Positions 37,414 through 47,357 are shown, counted from the first letter of the stretch. The stretch: DNA of 64,000 nt from an uncultured Verrucomicrobiota bacterium (GCA_913058185.1 CAJXQX010000008.1:8031-72030), one strand, 5' to 3'. Notes: generated by a model not told the origin, from the sequence alone. Numbers and translations are program-made.

Positions 37414-39288
37414 CTACTCCACCAGTTCGAGCGTCACGGATTTCACAAACGCGAGGTAATCCTTCGCGATGGTAAGCGGCGCAATTTCGATGGAATGAGC
37501 CCCCGGCTCGGCGATATCGAGGGTGCCCAATTCGTGTTCTTGGAAGGTCCAAAGATTGTTGTGCCGCTCATGGGCATCGAAGGTCTGACGCTGCACCTCC
37601 AGCAAATCACCATTCCAATCAGCCGTGCCGCGGACGACACCGTTAAACGTCGCGAGATCACCGATCTTCAGGGCAAACTCACTGCCAGCCTGTAGATTCT
37701 GTGCAGAGTATTCAATCAACACCCGATATTTACCGGGAGTGCGCAGGAGAAAATTCCAGCCGATGCGATCACTGGAAGTTTTAATATCCTGTACAAAATT
37801 CCCTTTGCGGGTCGCCGTGCCGTAATTGTAGCTGGCGTTCTCGCCCTCCACCTGGGCAATGGCGGTAGAGAATTTCATACTCTCCCCCCGTGTCTGGCGG
37901 AAGGTATTATGCACTTTCGGTGCCTCCGACAGCTCCAATACGACGACCGACGAGACGGCATTCGGTGCGTGCTTGCCGACCGTGATCGACTTTCCGTCAT
38001 CGAAGCCGCGAACGGCGAGCGACTTCATTTTAGTATCCTCGAGGAGGTAAGCTTTCTTCACCCCGGACTGAAGTCCCGGCACGATCAGTTTACCATCCGT
38101 CGGCCAATCGAAGACGTGCAGATAAAGTTTACCCTTAGCCGTGGTCGACCAACCCCAGGGTAGATCCACAAAGAGAGACCGGTCGGTGCCATAGATGCTC
38201 TCACCGTTGGCCTCCATCCAAGTGCCGATGCCGGATAAGGCATCATATTCGGTTTGGGACAACTCGCCATCCGGACGCGGTCCGACATTCATCAAGAAGT
38301 TGCCGCCTTTAGCCGCGATCTCGATGAGCATGCGGGTGAGCACTTCCGGTGATTTGGCCGTGACGTGATCACCTTTATACCAAAACCCGCGTTCGTTGGT
38401 GATGGTGATATTCGACTCCCAAAAGCCGGGAAGCCCCGTGGCGGGCACCTGCTGTTCCGGCGTGTAGAAACCACCAAATTTATCGGTGCCACGGTCGTTA
38501 AAAATGAGGTCCGGCTGCAACGATTTCATCATCTCGATTAACTCGAGAACATCTTTTCGTACCACCGGATGTTCGAAGACTTTGTCTCCGGTGCCCCCGG
38601 TTGGCCAATGAATGTCATACCACAGAATATCAATCTTGCCGTAGTTCGTCAGCAGCTCCCGCACTTGGTTCTTTTGAAACTCCGCAAACCGATGCCACGA
38701 CTCCGGGTCGGAATCGATCCGGCTCTCGTCATACTCCCAATGATCACGCGCAAAATACTTCCCGTCCGGATGATGCCAATCGATGTGCGAATAATAGAGG
38801 CCAACCGCCAGCCCTTCCGCCCGAAACGCTTCAACGATCGCTTTGGTCAAATCCGCATTGGCATTGGTGTGATAAGGCACAATCGGATTAGTCGTTTTAA
38901 AATCCGAAAGCTGCGTATCGTAGTTATTCACCCCGTCGTGGTGCTTCACCACGAACACGACATACTTCATGCCCGCGGCCTTCGCGGCCTTGGCCCATTT
39001 GGTCGGATTAAATTCGGTGGGATTAAACGTCTCCCACAGGTCGAAACTCTTACTGCCCTCCTCCTTCGACTCTTCGTTGACCATCTTCCAAATGTAGCCG
39101 ACTTCCCGCTGCGCCCATGGGCCCCAGTGGATAAAGAGACCAAAACGCCAGTCATTCCACTCTTCAAGACGTTCTGGATTTACATAAAGTTCCGACTCTT
39201 CCACCGCGGCAGTCGACAATGGCATTGAGGCGACCGAAAGGGTCAGACTGGCGGAAAAAATGAAGCGAGTAACGCGAGAAAAAATCAT
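37414..39288 (-). CDS. GH29 alpha-L-fucosidase with C-terminal beta-sandwich module
   Basis: Signal peptide, FGLFIHWGPWA, YVVFVVKHHDGV, ILWYDIHWP, and an extra C-terminal module of about 155 aa. Confidence 0.9.
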   Translation of the reverse strand: MIFSRVTRFIFSASLTLSVASMPLSTAAVEESELYVNPERLEEWNDWRFGLFIHWGPWAQREVGYIWKMVNEESKEEGSKSFDLWETFNPTEFNPTKWAKAAKAAGMKYVVFVVKHHDGVNNYDTQLSDFKTTNPIVPYHTNANADLTKAIVEAFRAEGLAVGLYYSHIDWHHPDGKYFARDHWEYDESRIDSDPESWHRFAEFQKNQVRELLTNYGKIDILWYDIHWPTGGTGDKVFEHPVVRKDVLELIEMMKSLQPDLIFNDRGTDKFGGFYTPEQQVPATGLPGFWESNITITNERGFWYKGDHVTAKSPEVLTRMLIEIAAKGGNFLMNVGPRPDGELSQTEYDALSGIGTWMEANGESIYGTDRSLFVDLPWGWSTTAKGKLYLHVFDWPTDGKLIVPGLQSGVKKAYLLEDTKMKSLAVRGFDDGKSITVGKHAPNAVSSVVVLELSEAPKVHNTFRQTRGESMKFSTAIAQVEGENASYNYGTATRKGNFVQDIKTSSDRIGWNFLLRTPGKYRVLIEYSAQNLQAGSEFALKIGDLATFNGVVRGTADWNGDLLEVQRQTFDAHERHNNLWTFQEHELGTLDIAEPGAHSIEIAPLTIAKDYLAFVKSVTLELVE

Positions 39289-39469
39289 CTTAAAACATGA
39301 ATTGGAGTTGAGGTATCTGCGGAGGTCTTAAACCAAAAAACGGCGGGCCGCGCAAGCGACCTTCCCAGCCTGCTGCTTGAAGCTGGCGTTCGGGAGATTT
39401 TTATACGATCGCTGCTAAAGCTACTTCTCAATTTAGGTAAAAAATTCTATCCGAAGGAGAGAGTGAACA

Positions 39470-39510
39470 GACTAAAAGAACAAACCCCCTCCGGCATTAA
39501 CCGAAGGGGG
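39470..39510 (-). terminator. Intrinsic terminator downstream of the TonB-dependent receptor
   Basis: The minus strand reads CCCCCTTCGGttaatgCCGGAGGGGG followed by TTTGTTCTTTT, starting about 29 nt after the stop at 39539. Confidence 0.6.
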
Positions 39511-39538
39511 TTCGCTTGAACTACAAGCTACGATAGAA

Positions 39539-41866
39539 CTACAAATCTAAAGAGACTGAGAAAAGAAACGTTCTCGCTTCGTTGGTCGCCGCTCTGGAGC
39601 GGACATAGAACGTGTCCGTCGCATTATCGACGTTGATCCCGTAAGTTACGGGTTGCTCACCGATCATGGTTGGGTAGCGAGCAAACAGATTGACTTCGGT
39701 ATAACCATCTTCGGTTACAAAGCGGTTGGCGATATTACCGAACTGTTGAATCGGTCCTTCAGCATGGACTACGCCACCGCCAATCCGGAGTCCTTTCAAT
39801 GGGCCATCATCAACCGTGTAGTTGGTGAAAAGCGTGAAACGGTGAGGTGTAGCACCTTCTAAGCGAAGGCCAGTTGCGACATCACCGACAACTACTGCAT
39901 CGATCCAGCTGTAAGCTGCTACAATGTTCCAGTTTTCCGTCGGATTGTAGAATAGCTCGAGCTCGATTCCCTCACTTTCGTCACTGGTCACTGATTGGTC
40001 TGACAAAAAGGTCACAGGATTGAAGTCCCGCCGAACAACGTTATCTTTTTGAATATTAAACGCCGCGATCGACCCACTGAGTTTCCCATCGAATAGATCG
40101 GTGAATTTGAGTCCGAATTCGATGGCATCACTGGTTTGTGGCCCGATCAGTTCTCCCGTATCTGGATTTGCCCCACTTTGCGGCTCGAAAGCATCAGCTA
40201 CATTGGCAAAGAAGTTCACTTTCTCATTGATGCGATACACGCCACCGAGTTGGAAATTCGTGTCATTACCTTTGAGGGAAGCGTTGGGAATACCTCCTAG
40301 TAAGGTAGATCTTTGGGTGAAATCAATGTGACGAATACCGGCGAGGATATTGAGGCGATCTTCCATGAAGTAGATGTTATCGGTAACATAGAATGTATCG
40401 ATGTCCGTAAAGGTGCGGTCATTCTGATTATTACGTGGCGCAAATGACCTTAACTCTGACGGGCTAGGAACATCATCTTTCCAGATCTCCACCCCGTTAA
40501 GAATATCGTCTTGGTATAGAAAATGTCGGAAGACTTTTCCAGTTCTTGCGCTAATATCATCGAGGATTGCTCTTTCTCCTGCATTGCCGCCTCGCAGACG
40601 GTAACTGCCCAGACCACCTGCAACGGTTTCAGCTTTGCGGTAACCAAGGAGAAGCTGGTGCCTCACGTCTCCCGTTTGGAAACCAATGATGTCATTAAGG
40701 GTATGAACTTCGTCGCGAGTTCTACTGTTTTGCCACGTGTTATTTGAATCTGAAATTTTGTTCCCAGGATCAGCGGAGTTGGGACTGAAGGTGTTAAATT
40801 CACGGAAACTTACCGTCTGGTCCGTATCATGGATAGTGCCCTTGTATTGGATATTGTGGGTATCGCTGAACGAGTGACGAAGCCCAACCGTGAGGAAATT
40901 GTTGTCGGAATCAAATATGTTCCCAGCAGTGGAAGATACATATTCTTTAGGAATAAAAGAGTTATTGTAACGGGTGTTACTTTCATTAACTCCGTCTACG
41001 TTGTCTACTGTATCTCCATCTCCATTCAAGTCAGTGGGGGTCCTTTCAAATGACCAAGTAGCCCGCTGCGAAGGAAACCCTTTCTGTTGGTTGTCCCCAA
41101 CCATGAACGAACCTTGAGTATTCTCGGTAAAATCGTAGGTTCCCGATAGTCCAAGAAATACTGTTTCTTGGCCATCGACCCACCGCCAACCCTCGTGGTC
41201 TTTGTAATCTGCGAGGAAACGTAATCCCAATTTGTTGTTCTTCGAACGAGCCGTGTAATCCATCTTTGCGCCTATGCGTGCATTGGTGCCAGCGCTGAAT
41301 GAAACAGTTCCTCCTTCTTTTAGATTAGGTGCTTTGGTGATTACATTAATCAATCCTCCAGGATCCGATTGCCCATACAGGGTATTGGGGCCTTTGACGA
41401 CTTCGATTCTGTCGATCATTTGAGGCGGGATATACAGTCCGCCGGTTACACCATCGACCAAAAGATTCCGATTACGAAATCCGCGAATGGAAAACGAAGA
41501 TGGGCGGCTGGCACCCAAATTATTCCGGGTCGTTTGGGTGATGGAGGAATTGTAATCCAATGCCTCGGTGAAATCGCCGATCAGACTATCGTCGAGGAAT
41601 TCAGAGGTGATGACGTTGATCGACATAGGCACGTTCTTCAGAGAAGTCCGCATACCTGTGCCGGAAATGGTAACGGTCGAACCATAACCACCTTCTACTT
41701 CTTCAACGGAAAAAGGACTCAGTTCGATGACATCATCGTCCGTTCCATCCTGAGCGAACAGGGTTGAAGCGAAAGAAGCTAAAACGACCGTGAAGGTCGT
41801 GCGTATAAATCTTGCGTGGCCATTGGTGGCGACACGCGTAGCCGACGGGCTAAACAATGCTTTCAT
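39539..41866 (-). CDS. TonB-dependent outer-membrane receptor
   Basis: Signal peptide, plug region VIELSPFSVEE...KNVPMSINVIT...IEVVKGPNTLYG, and a long beta-barrel body. No SusD-like gene is adjacent. Confidence 0.9.
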   Translation of the reverse strand: MKALFSPSATRVATNGHARFIRTTFTVVLASFASTLFAQDGTDDDVIELSPFSVEEVEGGYGSTVTISGTGMRTSLKNVPMSINVITSEFLDDSLIGDFTEALDYNSSITQTTRNNLGASRPSSFSIRGFRNRNLLVDGVTGGLYIPPQMIDRIEVVKGPNTLYGQSDPGGLINVITKAPNLKEGGTVSFSAGTNARIGAKMDYTARSKNNKLGLRFLADYKDHEGWRWVDGQETVFLGLSGTYDFTENTQGSFMVGDNQQKGFPSQRATWSFERTPTDLNGDGDTVDNVDGVNESNTRYNNSFIPKEYVSSTAGNIFDSDNNFLTVGLRHSFSDTHNIQYKGTIHDTDQTVSFREFNTFSPNSADPGNKISDSNNTWQNSRTRDEVHTLNDIIGFQTGDVRHQLLLGYRKAETVAGGLGSYRLRGGNAGERAILDDISARTGKVFRHFLYQDDILNGVEIWKDDVPSPSELRSFAPRNNQNDRTFTDIDTFYVTDNIYFMEDRLNILAGIRHIDFTQRSTLLGGIPNASLKGNDTNFQLGGVYRINEKVNFFANVADAFEPQSGANPDTGELIGPQTSDAIEFGLKFTDLFDGKLSGSIAAFNIQKDNVVRRDFNPVTFLSDQSVTSDESEGIELELFYNPTENWNIVAAYSWIDAVVVGDVATGLRLEGATPHRFTLFTNYTVDDGPLKGLRIGGGVVHAEGPIQQFGNIANRFVTEDGYTEVNLFARYPTMIGEQPVTYGINVDNATDTFYVRSRAATNEARTFLFSVSLDL

Positions 41867-41969
41867 AATTTCAGATGTTTGGAGGGGCTTGGTATTAATT
41901 CGCCTTGGTAAACGAAAATAAAAGTTGATGCGATGAACCCTTAAATTACGACGCGTTCAGGGGTTAATC

Positions 41970-41985
41970 ATTTAACCGTTTAAAT
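41970..41985. promoter_or_regulatory. 16-bp near-palindrome with central CG (LacI/GalR-type operator candidate)
   Basis: ATTTAACCGTTTAAAT is 14/16 self-complementary. It is nested inside inverted repeat ACGACGCGTT (41948-41957) / AACGCGTCGT (42015-42024) in the gap upstream of the receptor gene. Confidence 0.3.
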
Positions 41986-42112
41986 CCCTATTCGAACAAA
42001 CTCCTTTTTTAGAAAACGCGTCGTTTAATTGAGAAATTAGCCGCAATAAATATGCAGATCAAACCGAGCAGTATAGGGTTAAGCACCTATATTAGATCAA
42101 AAAATCTACCGC

Positions 42113-43732
42113 TCAGATTCCTGCTACACCCCACGGTGAAAACAGCCACACGACCGCTACGATCAGAATGAGTAGTGACGTGAGTGATACACGATAAAGT
42201 CGCTTTTCTCCCGGCGTCATGATCGCCTCATTCGGCTGACTGGTGGCGCGAATTGCGGCAGCCTGGGGCACGGGATTAGCTGCGCGCAAGGACCACATCA
42301 CGACAGCGCAAACGACCGTGATTACCACGCCAATATTAAGTGAACTGCGGAAGTAATCGGGTAACGTATCCAAAATATCTAGACGGCCTAGCATCCAGAA
42401 CGCAACCACCCCCAGCACCGCACCGGTGGTAAGCGTCGCCACCGCGCCGCGACTGGTCGCCCGTTGCGAAAAAATCCCAAATACCACACAGATAAATACC
42501 GGTGGTGCGAGCAGTGACCAGATTCTAACCAGATAACCAAATACGCCCTGAAAACTCTTAATACTGGGAGCGAGTAACGTGCAGATGATCAGGATACTGA
42601 TCATCACCATTCGACCCATACGCACCTTGCGCTTTTCGGTCATCTTGGGTCGCCACTTTCCGATAAAATCGAAGACCACCATCGCCGAGGAAGCGGAGAG
42701 ACCAGCGGCCACGGTGCCTAAGATCGCCGCTAAGAGGCCCGCCATCACCAAGCCCACAAATCCAGTCGGAACGTATTCTGTGATTAAGCGGGTGTAGGCT
42801 TGATCGGGATGCGCCAAACCAGGAATCAGTTTCGCGGCGACCACACCTGGCGCAGCGATAATAAAAAGCGCGAGAACCTTCAAGAAGCCGCCAAATACGG
42901 CTCCCATTTTGGAGTGAAATAGACTTTTAGCAGATAACGCCCGCTGGACGTAGTCATGATCGGTGCAATGACCATGCACGCCCAAAATCGTGGCACCCGT
43001 GATGAGGGGCAGCCAACCAAACGCGTGGGTCCAAGGCTTGATGATTGACCACGGATTTTCTGTCGCCCCCTCCGGCAAAGCCAACACTTCCCCTATCCCA
43101 CCCGCCGCTTGGACAGACAAGACCAGCGTCAATGCGCCTCCCAGCACCAACAAAGACGCCTGCATCATATCGACCCAGAGAATCGAGCGAAGGCCACCAA
43201 GGATGGTGTAGAGACCCGCCGCCATCGCGATCACGACTACCGCAATATTGAAGTGGAAAGCAGAGGTCCAGCCCAACAAATCATTGATCACCGTCGCACC
43301 CGCATAAAGCGCCGTCACGATGTTGGCGGCCAAGATCATGACAATGTTGATGGCGGCTACAAAGAGCCGAGAACTGCTGTTATAACGACGCTCAAAAAAC
43401 TCCGGAGCCGTGCGTAGTCTCAACCCAAGATAGACTTCGACAAAAAACACGGCGAGAAAAACGAAACACATCGCCCCCACCATCTGAAACGCGCCCGCCG
43501 CGATGCCGATCGTGTAAGCCAGTCCGGCTTGCCCCACAAATTGCTGACTCGAAATATTGGCGGAAAACAACGATGCGCCTATCATCGGCCAAGATGCCGA
43601 TCTGTCCGCCAAAAATAGATCTTCACCCGACTTCACCTTGCGCCGTCCGATCCACAGACCAAACGCCACCGTGAGAACAAAATACCCGAGGACGATTACG
43701 ATATCCAGGGTGCCAATACGTAGAGTATCCAT
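42113..43732 (-). CDS. Sodium:solute symporter (SSF/SGLT family)
   Basis: 539 aa, about 13-14 hydrophobic helices, with an N-terminal region typical of SSF (GRRKVKSGEDLFLADRSASWPMIGASLFSANISSQQFVG). Confidence 0.9.
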   Translation of the reverse strand: MDTLRIGTLDIVIVLGYFVLTVAFGLWIGRRKVKSGEDLFLADRSASWPMIGASLFSANISSQQFVGQAGLAYTIGIAAGAFQMVGAMCFVFLAVFFVEVYLGLRLRTAPEFFERRYNSSSRLFVAAINIVMILAANIVTALYAGATVINDLLGWTSAFHFNIAVVVIAMAAGLYTILGGLRSILWVDMMQASLLVLGGALTLVLSVQAAGGIGEVLALPEGATENPWSIIKPWTHAFGWLPLITGATILGVHGHCTDHDYVQRALSAKSLFHSKMGAVFGGFLKVLALFIIAAPGVVAAKLIPGLAHPDQAYTRLITEYVPTGFVGLVMAGLLAAILGTVAAGLSASSAMVVFDFIGKWRPKMTEKRKVRMGRMVMISILIICTLLAPSIKSFQGVFGYLVRIWSLLAPPVFICVVFGIFSQRATSRGAVATLTTGAVLGVVAFWMLGRLDILDTLPDYFRSSLNIGVVITVVCAVVMWSLRAANPVPQAAAIRATSQPNEAIMTPGEKRLYRVSLTSLLILIVAVVWLFSPWGVAGI

Positions 43733-43734
43733 GA

Positions 43735-45111
43735 CTAGGTGGCTTGAGGTTGTTGGGTTAGATCAAGCGGCATCCAGCGATCACCGTTGCTTTGCTGCCA
43801 AGCAACGAGTCGCTCTCGGAGAGATTGGAGGCGTGATTGGTTTTCGGTATCCGCAGCGACGTCGTGCAATTCAGCGGGATCCGTCTGCAAGTCGAACAAC
43901 TCAGTGCGGCTCTCCCCATCCACCCGATATTCGATCAGTTTCCAGCGGTCGGTCTTGAGCATACGTTGGCAATCTTTGTAGACCGAAACGACTTCATCTC
44001 GCGTCGACGATGTATCCTTAAACTGCGGCACCAAACTGCGACTCTCTATCGCTGCCGGTGAATCTACGCCTGCGAGGTCGAGCAACGTGGCAAAGACGTC
44101 ATACGAGTAATTCAGTCCCGAACAATCGCGTCCCTCCGGCACGCCCGGACCAGCCATAATAAACGGCACCCTCGTGCTGTGTTCGTAAAGATTCTGCTTC
44201 CCCAGCAGCCCGTGATTACCGAGCGAAAGACCGTGGTCGCCGATGTAGACAACCACCGTGTTTTCGGCTTCACCGGATTCGTCCAAAGCCTTGAGCACGC
44301 GACCAATCTGATCGTCCTGATGCGTAATCATACCGTAGTAGCCCGCCAGATGCTCGCGAAGCGTATTCTCTTGGAGGGGCTTCGATGCCAGTCGCTCGTC
44401 GCGGATATCAAGCTCGCCATTATCGAACTTGGGCTCAGCGCAAAACGCATCCGGTAGCGGTATTTCGGCCGCTTTATACGGTTCGAGAAAAGACTCTGGG
44501 GGCGTGCGTGGGTCGTGCGGCGACGTCAGGGACAACCATGCAAAGAACGGCGCATCCGAGGATCGATCCCGCAAGTAATCAGCCATCGACTCGCAAAACA
44601 ATTCCGTCGAGAACCCAGGTTCAATTTCGGGCGTTTCACCGCGCTCAAAAGCAGCTCGGTCATCGACCAATGGCACCGCTTCATGTGCACACATTCCACC
44701 GTTAAAAATCCGGTTAGCTTGTTTAAACGACCGCAAAAATGACTCCCGATCATTATGCCACTTGCCGGTAAAAAAGGTATCGTAGCCCGACTCACCCAGC
44801 AATTCGGGCAAGGTCGATGCTTCGGGGGCTATCGTTACGATGGCTTCCTTTCCGCTCATCGGCCGGGGATCGCAGTTTGACCCGACTACTCCACGACCAG
44901 TCAGCAAACACGCCCGGGCCGGTGAACAAATCGCTGACACCATACTACCAGCATGAGTCATCTGACTAAAACGCACCCCGCGTTGAACCAGTCCGTCGAG
45001 AACTGGGGTCTTAACCACGGGATGTCCTGCCACCCCAAGCGCATCCGCCTGATGGTCATCAGTGATTACAAAAAGAAAATTGGGGCATCGTTGGGGGGCT
45101 GAAGCGCACAT
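43735..45111 (-). CDS. Leaderless (probably cytoplasmic) S1-family sulfatase
   Basis: The ATG at 45111 gives MCASAPQRCPNFLFVITDDHQ with no signal peptide. CSPARACLLTGRG, TGKWH and IGDHG are present. Its stop lies 2 nt before the symporter start. Confidence 0.85.
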   Translation of the reverse strand: MCASAPQRCPNFLFVITDDHQADALGVAGHPVVKTPVLDGLVQRGVRFSQMTHAGSMVSAICSPARACLLTGRGVVGSNCDPRPMSGKEAIVTIAPEASTLPELLGESGYDTFFTGKWHNDRESFLRSFKQANRIFNGGMCAHEAVPLVDDRAAFERGETPEIEPGFSTELFCESMADYLRDRSSDAPFFAWLSLTSPHDPRTPPESFLEPYKAAEIPLPDAFCAEPKFDNGELDIRDERLASKPLQENTLREHLAGYYGMITHQDDQIGRVLKALDESGEAENTVVVYIGDHGLSLGNHGLLGKQNLYEHSTRVPFIMAGPGVPEGRDCSGLNYSYDVFATLLDLAGVDSPAAIESRSLVPQFKDTSSTRDEVVSVYKDCQRMLKTDRWKLIEYRVDGESRTELFDLQTDPAELHDVAADTENQSRLQSLRERLVAWQQSNGDRWMPLDLTQQPQAT

Positions 45112-45283
45112 GAGGGTAATCTCGCCGAGCGGTGGCGGGGGCAGACAAAGGAGCCCAAGGGCCGACGGCAATCAACGAACAGACTGTTAAATCAGTTAAG
45201 CATCTCGAACTGAATTTACGGCGGCTCAACTGTTCAACCGGGTGGAGCGTTGCCTCACAGTTCAGAATTTGACTGCTTCAAAT

Positions 45284-46864
45284 ATGCTCCGCCCCGCTTT
45301 TCGCTTTATTCGTAATTCCATTTCTTCCTCAGTTGCCCGGGTTGTTTTTCTGCTGGGATTAAGTTTCAGCCCGCTCGCCGTCGCCGACCGTCCCAACATA
45401 TTGTGGATTATGTCCGACGATCACGCTCGCCAAGCGGTGGGCGCCTACGGAGGGCGGCTGGCGCCGCTCAACCCCACCCCGACCATCGACCGGCTCGCTC
45501 GTGAGGGCATCCGCTTCGACAACGTGTTTTGCTCGAACTCCATCTGCACGCCCAGCCGCGCCACGCTGCTGTCGGGCCAATATTCACACGTCAATGGGGT
45601 GCGCACGCTCTCCGACCCGATCGCGCCGGAGCGCGTCGTGCTGCCCCACGTGATGTCGGAACTCGGCTATCAAACCGCCATGATCGGGAAGTGGCACCTT
45701 CACGTCGAACCGACCGGCTTCGACTACTACTGCGTGCTTCCCGGCCAAGGCACCTATTTCAATCCGGAGTTCTTCGACCAAAACGCCGGCAAATGGCCCG
45801 ACAATCGCCGCCAAATGATCGGAAAAGTTCTCGGTAAAGCTGACGCCGCCCTGCACGCCGACGACGCGATTACCGATATTTCCCTCAACTGGCTGAGCGA
45901 CCGCGATACCTCCAAACCCTTTTTCCTCATGCACCACTTCAAATCACCGCATGGAAATTGGGAAAACCCCGAGAGCACCGACTTTCTCTACGAAAACACC
46001 TACATCCCCGAACCACATACGCTGCGCACCGGGCCTGTCACCGGTTCGCCTGGCACCGAAGGACTCGGCTCCTCCATCGGGAAACGAAATTTGAAGCGCA
46101 ACATCGGCATGCAAATGCGAGTTGACCAAGACATGGAGGCCGAGGCCTACGAGACCGCAGCCTACCAACGCTACCTTAAAAAATATCTCCGCTGTGTGCG
46201 CGGAGTGGACAACAACATCGCGCGCCTCATCGACCATCTCGAATCCACCGGGGAACTCGACAATACCATCATTCTTTACACCTCCGACCAAGGCCAACTC
46301 ACCGGAGAACATGATTATTACGATAAACGTTGGATGTATGAGGAATCACTCAGCATGCCATTCATCGTGCGTTACCCGCCCGCCATCAAAGCAGGCCTCA
46401 CCAGTGATGCGATGATCACCAATGTCGATTTTGCCCCCACCCTCATCGAGCTCGCGGGAGGAAAGGCCCCCGAGAGCATGCAAGGGCATAGCTTTAAGAC
46501 CATGATCCACGGCGGTGACACCCCTGACGATTGGCGCGAAGCGGTCTACTATCGTTATTGGATGCAGCTCGCCCACCACTATGTGCCGGCGCACTACGGT
46601 ATCCGCACCGCGGACTACAAATTGATTTTCTACTACGGTCTACCGCTCGATGCCACTGATGCCGTGCAGGAGAAGTCGACGCCTGGCTGGCAGTTCTTCG
46701 ACCTTCACAGCGACCCTGACGAAACCATCGACCTGTATCGTGACCCCAATTTCTCCGCGACTATCGCGTCACTCAAAGATCAGTTGCTCGCCCTCAAGGC
46801 CGAAGTTGGCGACACCGACGAAGGTTACCCCGAGTTGATGGCCGTGCGCGACCAAGTCTGGTAA
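45284..46864 (+). CDS. Exported S1-family sulfatase
   Basis: ATG at 45284, signal peptide, PNILWIMSDDH, CTPSRATLLSGQYSH, IGKWHL, YTSDQG. Confidence 0.9.
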   Translation: MLRPAFRFIRNSISSSVARVVFLLGLSFSPLAVADRPNILWIMSDDHARQAVGAYGGRLAPLNPTPTIDRLAREGIRFDNVFCSNSICTPSRATLLSGQYSHVNGVRTLSDPIAPERVVLPHVMSELGYQTAMIGKWHLHVEPTGFDYYCVLPGQGTYFNPEFFDQNAGKWPDNRRQMIGKVLGKADAALHADDAITDISLNWLSDRDTSKPFFLMHHFKSPHGNWENPESTDFLYENTYIPEPHTLRTGPVTGSPGTEGLGSSIGKRNLKRNIGMQMRVDQDMEAEAYETAAYQRYLKKYLRCVRGVDNNIARLIDHLESTGELDNTIILYTSDQGQLTGEHDYYDKRWMYEESLSMPFIVRYPPAIKAGLTSDAMITNVDFAPTLIELAGGKAPESMQGHSFKTMIHGGDTPDDWREAVYYRYWMQLAHHYVPAHYGIRTADYKLIFYYGLPLDATDAVQEKSTPGWQFFDLHSDPDETIDLYRDPNFSATIASLKDQLLALKAEVGDTDEGYPELMAVRDQVW

Positions 46865-46880
46865 AGGTCGATCAGTAAAC

Positions 46881-47357
46881 TCAGCGGACCGGGATGGATA
46901 GCGGCTCGGGATTAAGCAACATGATCCCGATTGCGATGGCGTAAACCGTCAGGCCGACGAACACCCCTGCACTTCCTAAGCGGTAGGCACGGGTTTTGTT
47001 ATTTCGGCTGGTCAATACCTGCACCAGCATCTGCTCCAGATCGACTTTCAGGCAACGGCTGACCACCCACTCCACTTTCAGCACCCGTAGGAAAACGGAA
47101 AGACAAGAGGCCAGGATAATAACCAAACCCGAAATGATGCTCACCTGCGCGATCACGTTAGTCCCGGCGATCAATCGACCCGAAAATCCCGTTGTGGTGA
47201 CCGCCACCGCCGCAAAGCCGATGACCACCTGCGCCCGCATGTGGATCGCGTTGAGCTGACGTTCGACCAGCGCCAACGCGGCGGGTCCGTCATTCCCAAA
47301 AAATCGTTTCAATCCGGAAGCCTCTTCCTCAATCGTGCATTTAATCGGCTCTGCCAT
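46881..47357 (-). CDS. Small three-helix membrane protein, unknown function
   Basis: Start at MAEPIK (47357). Three hydrophobic segments separated by charged loops. Confidence 0.45.
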   Translation of the reverse strand: MAEPIKCTIEEEASGLKRFFGNDGPAALALVERQLNAIHMRAQVVIGFAAVAVTTTGFSGRLIAGTNVIAQVSIISGLVIILASCLSVFLRVLKVEWVVSRCLKVDLEQMLVQVLTSRNNKTRAYRLGSAGVFVGLTVYAIAIGIMLLNPEPLSIPVR

